The notes: a model not told the origin generated them from the letters alone. Counted from the stretch's first letter, positions 41,953 through 56,231 are shown. The stretch is 64,000 nucleotides of DNA from Eledone cirrhosa (GCA_964016885.1 OZ024740.1:24614001-24678000), one strand, 5' to 3'. Numbers and translations: made by a program.

Positions 41953-42289
41953 TATACAGGCACTGGTGATAACTGAAAGAAACGGAGAAAATAAGGGACA
42001 AATGGAGAAAAAGATAAAGAATTGAAAATAACTGGATGTGTAGGATAGGAAATATATAGGAAGCAAGAAATATTTTCATTTGGTATGGCATTTAAAATCT
42101 CCCCCTCTCCTGCAATAAACTAAAAGACCTAAAGGCCTGAAGAGTTATCGATTCCATCATGTATTGTAATAATTCTTTCACGTGTCGCACGAAATCTTTC
42201 CAATGGAATGACAGTTGCATTTACAGAGATTGTATTGAAGCACAATTATCCAATATCGTGTGTCACTCAATGGAACTGTATATAAGAAG

Positions 42290-42367
<78 letters not shown>

Positions 42368-42378
42368 ATATATACATG

Positions 42379-42413
<35 letters not shown>

Positions 42414-42424
42414 GGGGAGAGAAT

Positions 42425-42456
<32 letters not shown>

Positions 42457-42580
42457 ATATATATATATATATATATTATGTGTGTGTGTGTGTGTGTGTG
42501 CGTGTGTGTGTGTGTATCTATAAACATACACACACACACATATATATATATACATATCTCTCTCTCTATATATATGTATG

Positions 42581-42625
<45 letters not shown>

Positions 42626-43029
42626 GCATGTACATATGTGTCTGTGTCTGTGTGTGTGCTGTAGGTTTATGCCTATATGTGTGCCCGAGTGTGAGTGCAA
42701 GCGTGTGTGAGGATATTTGCTGTCATCGAAAGCTAGATTCATTAAAATAAAGTACCAGTAATGTACTGGTTAATTGCTGGCCTTGTGCCTTAAATAGAAA
42801 CAATTATATATAGAACCCCGATTTCTAAATAAGGCAAGTAGAATAAACTTCAATCACTGAGACTACCATTGCAATTTCACGACTGAAACTATCGTTACGG
42901 GACGATATTTAGAAATCCCGAGAAGCAAATAAATAACTGGACAATATTCTGAAATTTTTAGACCATTTTGTATAGTAAATGGACATAATATTTAAACCGA
43001 CTTGTTGAAAGCAACAGATATAAGAATCA

Positions 43030-43656
43030 GATGAAAAGTTTAGAGGCTGAACAGTTATTAGGCTGACCAAGATACTCTCATGGAATGACCAAAGGAGAGT
43101 CAGCTTCCAACGGAGTCCCTGGAAAGAAACAAGGCAGTTATTAATAAGAATTGAAAGTGAAATTAATGCATGAAAGATTTCACTTCACTAGCATCACCGT
43201 TTTATAGGCTGACCAAAATACTCCCATGAAATGACCAAATGAGGTTTATTTTTCAACATAGTCTCTGTAAAGTGACAATGTAGTTATTAATAAGAAGAGT
43301 TGGAATTAATGCATGTAAGATTTCACAGCTCTAACATAATTTCTTCATAAGCCAACCAAGATACTCTCATGGAATGACCAAATAAGGTTTTATTTTACAA
43401 CATTGTCCCTTGGAAGAATCAATGCAGTTATTAATAAGAATTAAAATTAATGAATGCAATATTTTACAGCTCTAGCATCACTTTTTCATGGGCTGACCAA
43501 GATCGTCTCGTGAAATGACCTAAGGAGGTGTATTCTTCAACATAGTGTCTAGAAAGAAACAATGCAATTATTTATAAGCAGAGTTAAAATTAATGCATGC
43601 AAGATTTCACAGATCTAGCATCACTCCTTCATACTCAGCCTATGAACATTTCAGCC
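43030..43656 (+). repeat. Four tandem ~145-bp units, probably mariner-end-derived
   Basis: Unit starts AGGCTGACCAAGATACTCTCATGGAATGACCAAA..TTTTTCAACATAG; the block is bounded by inverted AAAAGTTTAGAGGCTGA and TCAGCCTATGAACATTT. Confidence 0.7.
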
Positions 43657-43924
43657 GACCATCGTGTGTTTGATTTCATAATATCCATTGACAGAAGAAT
43701 CTTTCTTAGCATGTTTTGTAGCAGGGTTACACATTCATTGATCATATTTTATGATAGTGCTGAGGTATAATATATTCAACTTGATTTTTGGAGGCAATGA
43801 AGTTCGGATCAAAAGTTAAAGACATAATACGTAAGTAAGAATTTCTAAAATTAATTCCTTGTTTAAGATACTGGTCCAGGGGCTAATAGATCAGGTGAAT
43901 TATATACGAGTGTAGACTATGAAA

Positions 43925-44342
43925 GAATGCATCTAGAGCTGTGAAATCTTGAATGCATTAATTTCAACTTCTTATTAATAACTGCATTGTTTATTTTCAG
44001 GGACTATGTTGAAAAATAAACCTCATTCGGTCATTCCATACGAGTATCTTGGTCAGCCTATGAATGAGTCATGCTAGAGCTGTGAAATCTTGCATATATT
44101 AATTTGAACTCGTCTTATTAATAGCTGCATTGTTCCTTTCCAGGGACTATGTGAAATATAAATCTCATATGGTTATTCCATGAGAGTATATTGGTCAGCC
44201 TATGAAGGAGTGATGCTAGTGCTGTGAAATATTGCATGCATTAATTTAAATTCTTCTTATTAATAATTGCATTGTTTCCTTCCAATGATTATGTTCGTCA
44301 TTCCATGAGAGTATCTTGGTCAGCCTATGAATTTTCAACTGA
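43925..44342 (-). repeat. Inverted second block of the same ~145-bp unit (3 copies)
   Basis: Reverse complement of the 43030-43656 units. Confidence 0.75.
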
Positions 44343-44602
44343 TCTTCATAATTTCTCTAATTTTTTAGATGGTAAACATTTTATAAATTTGAACGTCGGG
44401 TGTAAGTTTATATAATTGTAATTGAAATTGAAGTTAAATCTAAATTTTTAGGAATAACATTAGCATAAAAATGTTCTTCATATTCTAGAAATTTTATCTG
44501 AAATAGAAAATCTTTTGCAGAATGTGTTTACGGCGTATCTTTAGATAATTATTTCTCTTTGGCTTAATACGACATGAAAATCCATTCTTCTTGTATTATT
44601 AT

Positions 44603-44790
44603 GCGGTGGCAGTACCGGTAGAGGGTCGAACACCATGCTTAGATGCAAAATGTTTCGGCCCTTTATGGTCTAAGTTCAAATTCCGCCGAGGTTAACTTTG
44701 CCTTTCATCCTCAAGGGGTCGATAAAATAAAGTACCAGTAATACACTGGGATAATTGCTGGCCTTGTGCCAAAAGTAGATACAATTATTA
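44603..44790 (+). mobile_element. SINE family A
   Basis: Matches the 10769 copy. Confidence 0.85.
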
Positions 44791-45351
44791 TGCGGCGTAA
44801 GTTGGTCGATAATGTTAATAAAATATGTTAAGGCAGTAGATATGTCGTACGTCCCACCAGATCGTCATGTTAACCCTCTATATATACCCTACATTTAAAT
44901 ATATTTCAAGGATAAGTCATTGTATCTTAATATTGATATAAGGTCCATCGCTCTTTAACAATTAAAAGTTAGGAATTACACATTACTATTTGGAAGTTGG
45001 CGGAATTGTTTAAATTTCAGTTTGGTGTTTTCATTAAATGGATTATGCAATGATTTCTGGGTATTTACATTGTGTTTTGAATTAATTTGAAATTACTATT
45101 TGAATACTGGATGTTCCACAATGAAATTCAAAGTGAATAAAAATTTTGAATTACAATAATAAAATAGAGTGGAGAATTGAAATTAAGAAAAAATTAAATT
45201 ACACAAAAATGAAGTTTTGTTAAAGTCATATTTTGGATTAGATTAAATTAATTCAAGGAACGGATGCAAAATATTCGATTTGTATTTGTAAAATTTCAAG
45301 TTTGTAGAAAACAGACTACACCGCAGATCTCGGATTTGATAAACATAGTCC

Positions 45352-45740
<389 letters not shown>

Positions 45741-45838
45741 ATACACTCTGTCTATCTAAACACATCGACACCGAAGTGAACCTAAACATCGAGTGCTCAC
45801 CCCGGGTGACCCTATAGTAACTCCAGGTTACACACCCT

Positions 45839-45889
<51 letters not shown>

Positions 45890-45893
<4 letters not shown>

Positions 45894-46313
45894 AGGAAAG
45901 AAGATGACATGGTTTGCTATACAAAAAAGGTTGACAATTGTTTCTCTGAACTGGTAGGTCTAGAGATCGCTATTCGCTTGTTTTCACGTTACTCGATCGC
46001 CAATACAAAATTATAACAAGTCAGTTCTTCGGAGCATGCGAGAATGAAGAGGATATACAGGCATGAAAGGAATATACAGGCTGCTATATGAAGTAGTAAT
46101 GGCATTCAGTTAGAACAATAACAACAATTACAACAATGCTAGTAATAAATTATTTGAGGAGACCCTGACATTACATTAGGTGGGGGGGGGGGGGGGTATA
46201 GTGTATCTAAGATTTCGGCGTGTAAAACTAGCTGACATGTATGTATTTATTTGTACGAGTGTATATTGATGTGTATGTATGTGTCTATGTACACCTGCGT
46301 GTGTATATATATA

Positions 46314-46402
<89 letters not shown>

Positions 46403-47025
46403 CCTCCTTAACCTCTGTATTAACTTGCCCATTATTTAGCTTTGACAGTGTTGTCCCATACATGTATGTTATTGAAGATGAAAAGAAAGACTGTATTCTC
46501 ATCTAATGTAGACCACACAAATTCTACTCAATGATAAATACTTCGTCGGTCAGATAAATACTGAACATTACGGCCACCTGACCTACATTGTTGATAAACA
46601 CCGGCTTATCTTTAAAATTGATATAATACACCCTACGACACTCCTTACATGTCAACCTTATACTTCTGCTTCATGTCAGCTAGTTTTACACGCCGAAAGC
46701 TTAGATACACTATACCCCCCAACTAATGTAATGTCAGGGTCTCCTCAAATAATTTATTACTAGCATTGTTGTAATTGTTGTTATTGTTCTAACTGAATGC
46801 CATTACTACTTCATATAGTAGCCTGTATATTCCTTTCATGCCTGTATATCCTCTTCATTCTCGCATGCTCCGAAGAACTGACTGGTTATAATTTTGTATT
46901 GGCGATCGAGTAACGTGAAACAAGCGAATAGCGATCTCTAGACCTACCAGTTCAGAGAAACAATTGTCAGCAATGAGATTATAAACCTTTTTTGTATAGC
47001 AAACCATGTCAATCTTCTTTCCTGA
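45890..47025. repeat. Inverted repeat, ~350-bp arms (45890-46240 and 46673-47025)
   Basis: Arms are reverse complements of each other; the spacer contains (TA)n. Confidence 0.9.
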
Positions 47026-47197
47026 TTTATTATTACTCCAAGTGTTTACAACATAGGAATTACAGCATACTCGCAACATCACTATGAAAACGCCTTGTTG
47101 AGTCAAACCAAGCCAAGCGTTGATATCATCCACTACCCGGAATACCATAACTGGACTACACCTAAGTGGACTGCATATAACTATTACTTGTTACCCC

Positions 47198-47274
<77 letters not shown>

Positions 47275-47466
47275 TTTAGGTTTGTTGGTTCACCACTGGT
47301 TAGAACTGGTCATTCCGTATAGTCAACCTTGATGATATATTAGGGAGAGCACTCAACGTAATGCAATTCACCCGTCTCCGTTTGTGTTGTTGGTGGTGCG
47401 AGTACGGAGTTGATTATTATAAAATAACAGGAGGCTGGACTGGTGTAATTCTTTTAACGTTTATTA

Positions 47467-47527
47467 TACTATGAACATTTCAATGACCAGGTTCAGTATG
47501 AATCCGGTGACATCACAACATCAGGTA
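47467..47527 (-). ncRNA. Degenerate hammerhead-like motif
   Basis: TAC-CTGATG..stem..GAAA-TGTTCA-TA-GTA then AATAAA; the same tail occurs at ~59200-59233 (+). Confidence 0.45.
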
Positions 47528-48297
47528 TTTGAATTTAACAATGGAATATAATAGACACAATCCATGGGGCTGAAAAGGCAAGCCAAACATTTAGTAGTTT
47601 CTAGTCCGGTCGGCCGCCTTCAAGTGAGGACTACTAAGTCTTCTTATGTCTCTCTGGTGAAAGGGCGCAAACTTATAGTGTACTACTACCACCCCGTCAT
47701 AGACAGAGGCCAGCGGTGGGATCAGGTTACATTCAAGCTGGTCAGAAGTGCTAGAAAGTGCTACGAAATATATTTTTTCGAAAAACATATATCTTTAACA
47801 AAGCTATATATAGTTATATATAGTGGGCGTCTGCACAGTATATTGTAGGGTCAGAAATTACAATTAACAATTAGAAATGTAATATTTATGTTTAGAATTT
47901 ATGTCATTTAAGATGAGATTAAAAAAGTATGATTTAGGTTTAAAGTTGGGAGATATAGTTAAAGAATTTACAGAAGGAGAGGTTTATGAAAAGGTTATGT
48001 GTATTTTTGATAGTCACGATAAAGTTTCAGGATTGAATATAGAGTTAAGATTAAGCCCATGTTTGGCGGTCAGTAACCAGCGACGGTGCGGACTCCCAGC
48101 CAACCCGGGGCCCAATGGCATGTGAACCGTTCCGGGTATTTTCGTCTACCGAAAAAAAGGGAAATTCATTTTTCCCAGCATTCCAGGAATATTAACTGTC
48201 TCAAGCGCCGGAGGTGCTAGCGGGAAGCCCGCCACCGTCGGCTGATCATCACATACATACATATGTGTGTGTGTATGAGGGGGGGGGGGTATATGTG

Positions 48298-48440
48298 CGT
48301 ATAAAGTTAGTTGCACAACATATTAGCAAACCATCTTCGACACACGTGTTTCACCTAACCGATTTTCAACTCGAGTTCTAATTGCGTTAAGTGAAACACG
48401 AAGATAGTTTGTTAATATGTTGTGGAACCAATTTTATACG
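48298..48440. repeat. Diverged palindrome with a hammerhead 3' half
   Basis: Left arm on the minus strand reads GAAACACGTGTGTC; right arm GAAACACG. Confidence 0.65.
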
Positions 48441-48503
48441 GAACTCGTTTTACGAACTGAGTGTTCTATTTACTACGGATATAACCTCCCAGTGTTCTAC
48501 CAC

Positions 48504-48545
<42 letters not shown>

Positions 48546-48552
<7 letters not shown>

Positions 48553-48875
48553 GTGAGGTTTTATTTACAAAATGAAAAATAACCGAGGTGTCCTACACGA
48601 GTGAAAGTATAAAGCAAAAAAGATGAAATCGAAAATGCAACTAGAGTCTTATTTTTAAAAAAAATATATACATTTATTTGGTTCCTTTACCGGTTTCGCA
48701 GTTCTTCTGCTTTTCAAAAGTAGAGTTGAGATGGAGGGTCTGTGGTTTTTCCCACCTCTGAGAAAAACCACAGACCCCCGCCCCCATCTCAACACTACTT
48801 TTGAAAAGCAGAACTGCGAAACATATATTTTTTTAAAAATAAGACTCCAGTTGCATTTTCGATTTCATCTTTTTT

Positions 48876-48882
<7 letters not shown>
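48546..48882. repeat. Second copy of the 39299 palindromic family
   Basis: Same start TAGAAAGTGAGG and same arms; different centre, with deletions in the right arm. Confidence 0.88.
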
Positions 48883-48933
<51 letters not shown>

Positions 48934-49038
48934 TTTCATACACTTAACATGTAAGTGTATGAAAGAGTTTAAACTAAATTTGTTTTCCAACTGATCGAGC
49001 ACTTTTCCTTGATTCTTCATCGACAGATTTCTACCGAC

Positions 49039-49076
<38 letters not shown>

Positions 49077-49078
<2 letters not shown>

Positions 49079-50150
49079 GTAAAATCAAGGGAGAGCAAAT
49101 AAAGAAAAAAATTAAATTTTAAAAGATTCACTGTACTTACTATATGTGCTTTTACCGGGGTTTCAGTTCCCAAAACAAATAGATAATCCAGGCGGATTTC
49201 CATAGAGAAAGAGAAACTCGTTAGAAGGCTTTTCTCTCTCGGAGAATATAAGATTTCCGAGTTCAAAATACAAACTGGTGCCATACAAAACAGTCCCAAC
49301 AAATGAATGATGAAACAATTTTGTCTATTACCGTGTGCAAAGACTGAAATCAAGGTGTACAGGTCAATCCCTCTCTACTAAAAATAGCAGTCGTTCAAAT
49401 TCCCAAAGGTTTCTCTACCGTTGGGGAGAATAATAATGGTTTCTTATATAGGCACAAGGCCATTTGGGGAGAATAATAATAATAGTATGTGTTCCTACAT
49501 GTAAATAATACACATAGGGATACAAGTATAGTCCGACCGTATGCAAGTGTGGTTCAATGGCAATTTAATAAATTAACAGCCAGATCATCTAACATCAAGG
49601 AAAAGCAAACAAAGAAAACAATTTAAAATTGTATCCCTATGTGTATTATTTACATGTAGGAACCCATACTTTTATTATTATTTTACCCAACGGTAGAGAA
49701 ACCTTTGGTCATTTGAACGGCTGCTATTTTTAGTAGCGAGAGATTTACCTGTCCACCTTGCTTTCAGTCTTTGCAAACGGTACTAGACAAAATTGTTTCA
49801 TCATTCATTTGTTGGGGCAGTTTGTATGGCGCCAGTCTGTATTTTGAACTCGGGAATCTTATATTCTCCGAGAGAGTAAAGCTTTCTGACGAGGATCTCT
49901 TTCTCAATGGATATCCGCCTGCATTATTTATTTGTTTTGGGACCTGAAACCGCGATATAGGCACATATAGTAAGTACAGTGAATTTTTTGAAATTTATCT
50001 TAAAATATTTGCTTTATTTGCTTTCCCTTGATTTTATATGTTCTATCTTGTTAATTTATTAACTTGCCATTGAACCACACTTGCATACGGTCGGACTATA
50101 CTTGTATCCCTATGTGTATTATTTACATGTAGGAACACATACTATTATTA
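49077..50150. repeat. Complex inverted repeat (~400-bp arms plus a re-inverted spacer)
   Basis: 49077-49435 versus 49670-50037, and 49478-49577 versus 50048-50150. Confidence 0.85.
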
Positions 50151-50162
50151 TATATATATATG

Positions 50163-50353
50163 TGGCGGTGGATTGGCAGTATCGGTAGAGGGTCGGACGC
50201 CATGCTTTCCAGCATAGTTACGTCCCTTTACGATCTGAGTTCAAATCCCGCCGAGGTTGACTTTGCCTTTCATCCTTACGGGGTTAATAAAATATAGTAC
50301 CAGTAATGCACTGGGTAATTGCTGGCCTTGTGCCTAAAGTAGAAACAATTATT
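50163..50353 (+). mobile_element. SINE family A
   Basis: Full-length-looking copy starting GGCGGTGGATTGGCAGTATCGG. Confidence 0.88.
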
Positions 50354-50374
50354 ATATATATATATATATATATA

Positions 50375-50887
50375 TTTCGTTTCTGAAAGACGCAATGTTT
50401 AGACAAATCACAGAGGCAATAAACATAAATGAACTCCAAACAAAATTAAATAGAAAACATGAATGGAATAGCAACATCACAACTTACAATTAAGGACAAA
50501 ATGAAAACACACACACACATAGAACAAACAACCAGCCAGTAACATGTAAATAAACATAAATAAACAAATATAAACACACACAGACACCCGGATGTAACAC
50601 ATGCTCAAACTAAACACACAACACACACAAAAACAAGATGGCGTAGGACAGAATAAAGGAGAGGCACAAAAACAAAGAAAAAAATCCCCAGTCACTGAAG
50701 AGGTCACAGAATGTGTGACGAAAGAACTTTGACAATATATGAACAATCGTCTGGTTGTGGAACCAACCAACCAACGGGATATTTATAAATTCCTAAATTT
50801 ATGAATTTAATTTATAATAAATTGAAGTGAAAGCACCTGGTGCGTGTGTTTCTTATTGGCAACATGACCCTCCTAAAGCATAACAAT
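50375..50887 (+). mobile_element. Solo PLE pLTR related to the 37062 and 53063 pLTRs, with hammerhead-like motif
   Basis: 50691-50733 reads GTCA-CTGAAGA-g-GTCACA gaatg TGTGAC-GAAA-GAAC-TT-TGAC; shared AACCAACCAA and ATGACCCTCC tail; TA-flanked. Confidence 0.7.
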
Positions 50888-50904
50888 ATATATATATATA
50901 TATA

Positions 50905-51788
50905 TCAACTAGAAATTGATTGACATATATATATATTTAATATAAACACAATCACAGGGGATAATTTGTAAAGTGTGTAATCACACATAGCTAGGTAGGT
51001 AACTAATTAAAGTTTAACTAGAGCTTCAAATATTACCTTTTAAAAAATGATTAATCTTCCTTGTATATATTTCATTAAAGAAATATATTTCACCGTTAAC
51101 CCGCAAAGTCACAGTAGCCAAATCTTGGATCTTCAGATAAAATGCTCGGATCTATTCATTGGAATCTTTGAGCTTATTCAGCGGTTTATGTCGCATGTCT
51201 CGGACATGACACCCTTAATTTAATTTAATTTAATTAATTTTGAATATATACACGGCTCCTTAATTGTAGTGCTAACTCAGTTGAAAGGATTCGGCTGCTA
51301 TTTATAGCTGTCGATCACCCTATTCACGCCACTGAGATGACGCTTGAATGTTGTTAGTAGATTTAGAATTGCAACACGTGCGATGGGTCATTCGAAGATT
51401 TTCATTTAATGTGTAAACACAGATAGTTAAACCTCCTCCTTGCTGAAGATCCAAGATTTTGCTGCTGTGACTTTACGGATTAATGTTGAAATATATTTCT
51501 TTAACGAAATATATACAAGGAAGATTAATCATTTTTTAAAAGGTAATATTTGAAGCTCTAGTTAAACTTTAATTAGTTACCTACCAAGCTATGTGTGATT
51601 ACACACTTTACAAATTATCCCCAGTGATTGTTTCATGTGATTATTTTAAATATATAAATATGTCAATCAATTTCTAGTTGAAATAAAATGCTCGGATCTA
51701 TTCATTGGAATCTTTAAGCTTATTCTACGGTGGATATGGTGCATTTCTCGGACATGACTCCATTAATTTAATTTAATTTAATTAATTT

Positions 51789-51790
<2 letters not shown>
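50905..51790. repeat. Inverted repeat (~230-bp arms) plus a ~105-bp direct repeat
   Basis: 50905-51136 versus 51443-51680 (inverted); 51138-51241 versus 51683-51790 (direct). Confidence 0.85.
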
Positions 51791-51833
<43 letters not shown>

Positions 51834-51839
<6 letters not shown>

Positions 51840-52270
51840 CTCCACAACGTCCCCGTGAGCGTTACATTATTTGCATGATGTGGAAAATATTCCATCAGCT
51901 TTGCCCAAATGATGTTGGCATCACCTTTAATGTACAACCAAGGCTTGGGCCCCGTGCTATCCGTCGACGACAAAAATCTCACTCGCATCTCATAAAAATA
52001 ATACGGCACAATTATTTCACCTCAATTGGCCCTGCTCTCTTTAACATTATACCAAAACTTATTAAAACAGAAACAGATCCCATCAAGTTCAAGAAGTCTT
52101 TGGACAAATTCCTTCATGAAATCCCGGATAAACCTCCTACACCGGATATGCCTCCGGTAACAATAACTCTCTATTTGAGTGGGCCATGGTGCCCAAATCC
52201 TGATTTGAAAGACTTCGCCAGGTTGTGCTATTAATTTAGACATGGCCGAAACCAGTCAAAGTTATCAAAG

Positions 52271-52273
<3 letters not shown>
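51834..52273 (+). mobile_element. CR1/L2-group LINE 3' end
   Basis: YSPQRPRERYII..WKI..GPALFNIIP..FKKSLDKFL..IPDKP, then the GGCCGAAACC motif and a (CAAAGTTAT)2 tail; TA-flanked. Confidence 0.75.
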
Positions 52274-52307
<34 letters not shown>

Positions 52308-52312
<5 letters not shown>

Positions 52313-53008
52313 TAAAATAACAGATTAAAGTTTAAGCAAAGAATCGCTGCTTTCACCCTTAACGGGATCTTCTGAAACTAACAAAGTCAATCTGTAAACG
52401 CAGAACTGGATATTTCAAAAAACGTTGCAACCGGACGAAGACAGGAAGACGATACTTTGGTTCGTGGTAACGTTCGCTGGCTAAGAACGGGAAAAAACGA
52501 ATAATACGTCATTAATAGGAGCGATGAAAAACAATTACCCGCAAAGACAAAACCACGTTTATGGTATAAAAGAGGTCGTAGACTAATGTTCTCTTAGGTG
52601 GTGCATAGAGACGTTCTCTGGCAATGAACGAAAAAACGAAGATAATAAGTCATATGTGGAGCGTGGAGAACAATAACACGCAAAGAATAACCACGTAAAT
52701 GGTATAGCAGAAATCGAAGACTAAAATTCTAACTAGGAGACCAAATGAATCTCCGCTACAGAGTTAAGAACAAAGTAAATAAATACAATACAGAAGTAAT
52801 AGAAACAAATAAATACATACACGCAAACAGATACGTACACACACAAGCATACGCAAAACCTTACCATGGGTATACAAAACCGCGCACATATAAATATGTG
52901 TGTGTGTGTATGCTTGTGTATGAATAAATAAATAATTATATAAACGTATATAAGTAAATAAATACGTATATAACAAGCGCACACGCATACCTACATATAA
53001 ATACACGA
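52308..53008 (-). mobile_element. pLTR-like repeat family C with CAGAAGA-core hammerhead-like motif
   Basis: 52329-52379 on the minus strand reads AGTTT-CAGAAGA-TCCC gttaa GGGT-GAAA-GCA..TGC-TT-AAACT; homologous to the 59392 and 60686 copies. Confidence 0.7.
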
Positions 53009-53062
<54 letters not shown>

Positions 53063-53068
<6 letters not shown>

Positions 53069-53340
53069 ATACTTGGGGAGGGTCATATTGTAATAATATT
53101 GCCAGCAACAATAACAGAACACACTCACTGTTTGGTTGGTTTTTGCTTCTGTATGTTTTATATCTCCATGGTTAATTTATCTGGCAATCAACGTTTATCA
53201 TTGATTGACAAATGGATAAAATACAGATATAAATATATATATATAGTCTATGAAACTTCTTTCGTTACGCATCTGCAACATCATCAGTGGTACTATTATG
53301 TTCGCTCCCATTGTATTGTATTAAAATGTCTACGCCATTT
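53063..53340 (-). mobile_element. PLE pLTR fragment of the 37062 family
   Basis: Aligns with 37062-37340; minus strand reads CTGATGA-tgttgc agat gcgtaac-GAAA at ~53252-53289. Confidence 0.7.
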
Positions 53341-53367
53341 TAATTTCATTTTATCATATCAAAAACC

Positions 53368-54170
53368 TTGCAAAACAAATTCATCGTGTGTGGTGAGGTC
53401 ATTAACAATAATTCTCTTAATAAACATCAGGATGCACCCTATAAAAACAATAAACAACATCGAAACCATAATAGACGAGTTACTTGGTATAATGCTCCAT
53501 TTAATTTACAAATTAAGGATAATATACCTAACAAATTCTTTAATATCCTAGAGAAAAACTTCCCGCCAAACCACAAATACCATCAAATTTTAAATAGATC
53601 AACGGTTAAATTCTCCTACTCAACAACCAAAAACATAAAACAAAATATAAGTGCCTATAATGCATATAAATGTTAAAAAAACGTATACCACCAGTACATC
53701 AAACTAACCATAATATCTCCTCAGATACAGGATTCACGAAAAATTGTAACTGTAGAAACAAGGCAAACTGTCCATTAAAAGGAAATTGCCTTGTGAATAA
53801 CATAGTATATAAATGTAAAGTTAACACTAAGGACTCACTTTATTCATATATAGGAGCTACCTCTAACAAATTTAAGGTAAGATTTAATACCCACAAACAT
53901 AGTTTTAACAATGCCGCACTAGTTAATACAACATCTCTAGCTGAAATAATTAATAGTTATAGAAAGAGGAATATAGATTTTGACCTGACCTGGAGTGTGC
54001 TCAAAAGGGCCACCCCTTATCAAAATAGTAGATATGAATGTAGATTATGTTCCCAAGAACTTTTTAAAATAATGAAATCTAAGGATATCCTATTAAATAA
54101 GCGACAGGAATTAATAATATCGTGTAATCATAAACTGAGAAAAACCTTTAAATATTATAAACCTAATTAA
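53368..54170 (+). pseudogene. PLE C-terminal region with Cys-rich GIY-YIG endonuclease (frameshifted)
   Basis: WYNAPF..NFPPNHKYHQILNRSTVKFSYS, then CNCR..CPLKGNCL..IVYKC..YIGATS..FKVR..CRLCSQE..LNKRQE..CNH. Confidence 0.85.
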
Positions 54171-54375
54171 TATACACTTTAGAAATTAATATATAAACTA
54201 TTTTTAATTTAGTTAACTTATAATTAATATTCTACTACTGATGAACTACATAATTCTGCTTTAAATATTATAAACCTAATTAATATACACTTTAGAAATT
54301 AATATATAAACTATTTTTAATTTAGTTAACCTATAATTAATATTCTACTACTGATGAACTACATAATTTTGCTTT
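54148..54375. repeat. 114-bp direct tandem duplication after the EN stop
   Basis: TTTAAATATTATAAACCTAATTAATATACAC..CTGATGAACTACATAATT occurs twice. Confidence 0.9.
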
Positions 54376-54585
54376 CCGTCTTACAACTATCATTTCCTAA
54401 AACTAATACCATTAAGTAAACATATATAATGCTTTAACTTCAGATTATGACTCTATGTTCCTTGAAAACTATATATATTTATTATTTCTCACTAATAAAT
54501 TTAATCCCACCCCCCAATAGTTATATGTATATGTAAGTGTGTATGTGTGTGTGTATATATATATGTATGTATGTATATATGCATG

Positions 54586-54702
<117 letters not shown>

Positions 54703-54747
54703 ATATATATATATATATGTGTGCATATGTGTGTGTGTATGTGTATA

Positions 54748-54788
<41 letters not shown>

Positions 54789-54824
54789 TATTATTATGTA
54801 ATAAACAACATAAGGCAATTATTC

Positions 54825-54878
54825 CATTTACCAGTGGTTTCTTAAAAGCAAAAGGTTTTGCTTTCAATCCTTAGAATG
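54825..54878 (-). ncRNA. Hammerhead-like motif, pLTR copy 2
   Basis: CATT-CTAAGGA-TTGAAAGCAAAA cc TTTTGCTTTTAA-GAAAC-CACTG-GTA-AATG. Confidence 0.6.
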
Positions 54879-55166
54879 AAAAATCCTGGTTTGTTTATTG
54901 AATATGTATTCTAAAAACAAAAATGCAATCTATATGAAAGTGAGGCTGGAAAAGGGAGAAGGAAAGGAAAAATAAAGTAAAACTACACATGCAAACACAC
55001 ACAAAAAAAACACAAAAGCATACTTACACACACATACATATATACACATATATATAAAAATGCACGCATATACATATACACACATATATATATATATATA
55101 TATAAAGAGCGTACACCTACACACACATACACATATATACACACATATACACATACATATATTCAT

Positions 55167-55227
<61 letters not shown>

Positions 55228-55308
55228 CATACACACACACATATATATACACATGTACATATCCATATATACATATATATATATATATATATACATATAT
55301 ACATATAT

Positions 55309-55341
<33 letters not shown>

Positions 55342-55738
55342 TATGTGTGTGTACAATCATACACATACACACACACACATACATACATTCACACAAACAT
55401 ACAACGTACATACATACACATACATGAATGCACTCCACTACATATTAACACACGCAAATAAATATAAGAAAAAAATATATAAATATATATTAACAAATTT
55501 TTGACAGCGATACATGCCCCAGCTAACAGGACAGACACGCGTGGTAAGTAATACATACAAAAGCACATATACATACGTACGAAATAGTAAACACATACAC
55601 ACACATTCACACATAAATATACATATACAAATACATAATCACGTACATACACATACATACGCAAACACGTACACGTATACAATATAAACACACACATGTA
55701 TATGTAATTATATACACACACACACACATATACATATA

Positions 55739-55790
<52 letters not shown>

Positions 55791-56231
55791 CAAAATATAA
55801 AAATATAAACGCACACACACATATAAATAAATAGGTAAACACACATATACATACATAGCTAAACAATTATACACATGCAAATACGTATATATCAAAAGAA
55901 CGCACAACCAAATACAAACACACACACATACACACACACACACCCACACACAAACCCACACATACATAAAAATAAATAAATACACACGCACACATATACA
56001 TACATACATATACATATATACATATATACATATACACATATATATACACATATATATATAAAAATATATATATATACACACACATACACGTACACATACA
56101 CACATGCATACACATACACACACACCTATACATGTGTGTATGTGTAAAGCTCAGTATTAGATAAGACAAATGAACCTTACATAAACGTATATATAGTAGT
56201 AAAGTAATAAAGCCATACAAGGCAATTAATC

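Noticed and set aside
54235-54365. CTGATGA occurring twice after the EN ORF
   Set aside because: No stem II or GAAA; it is repeated only because of the 114-bp duplication.
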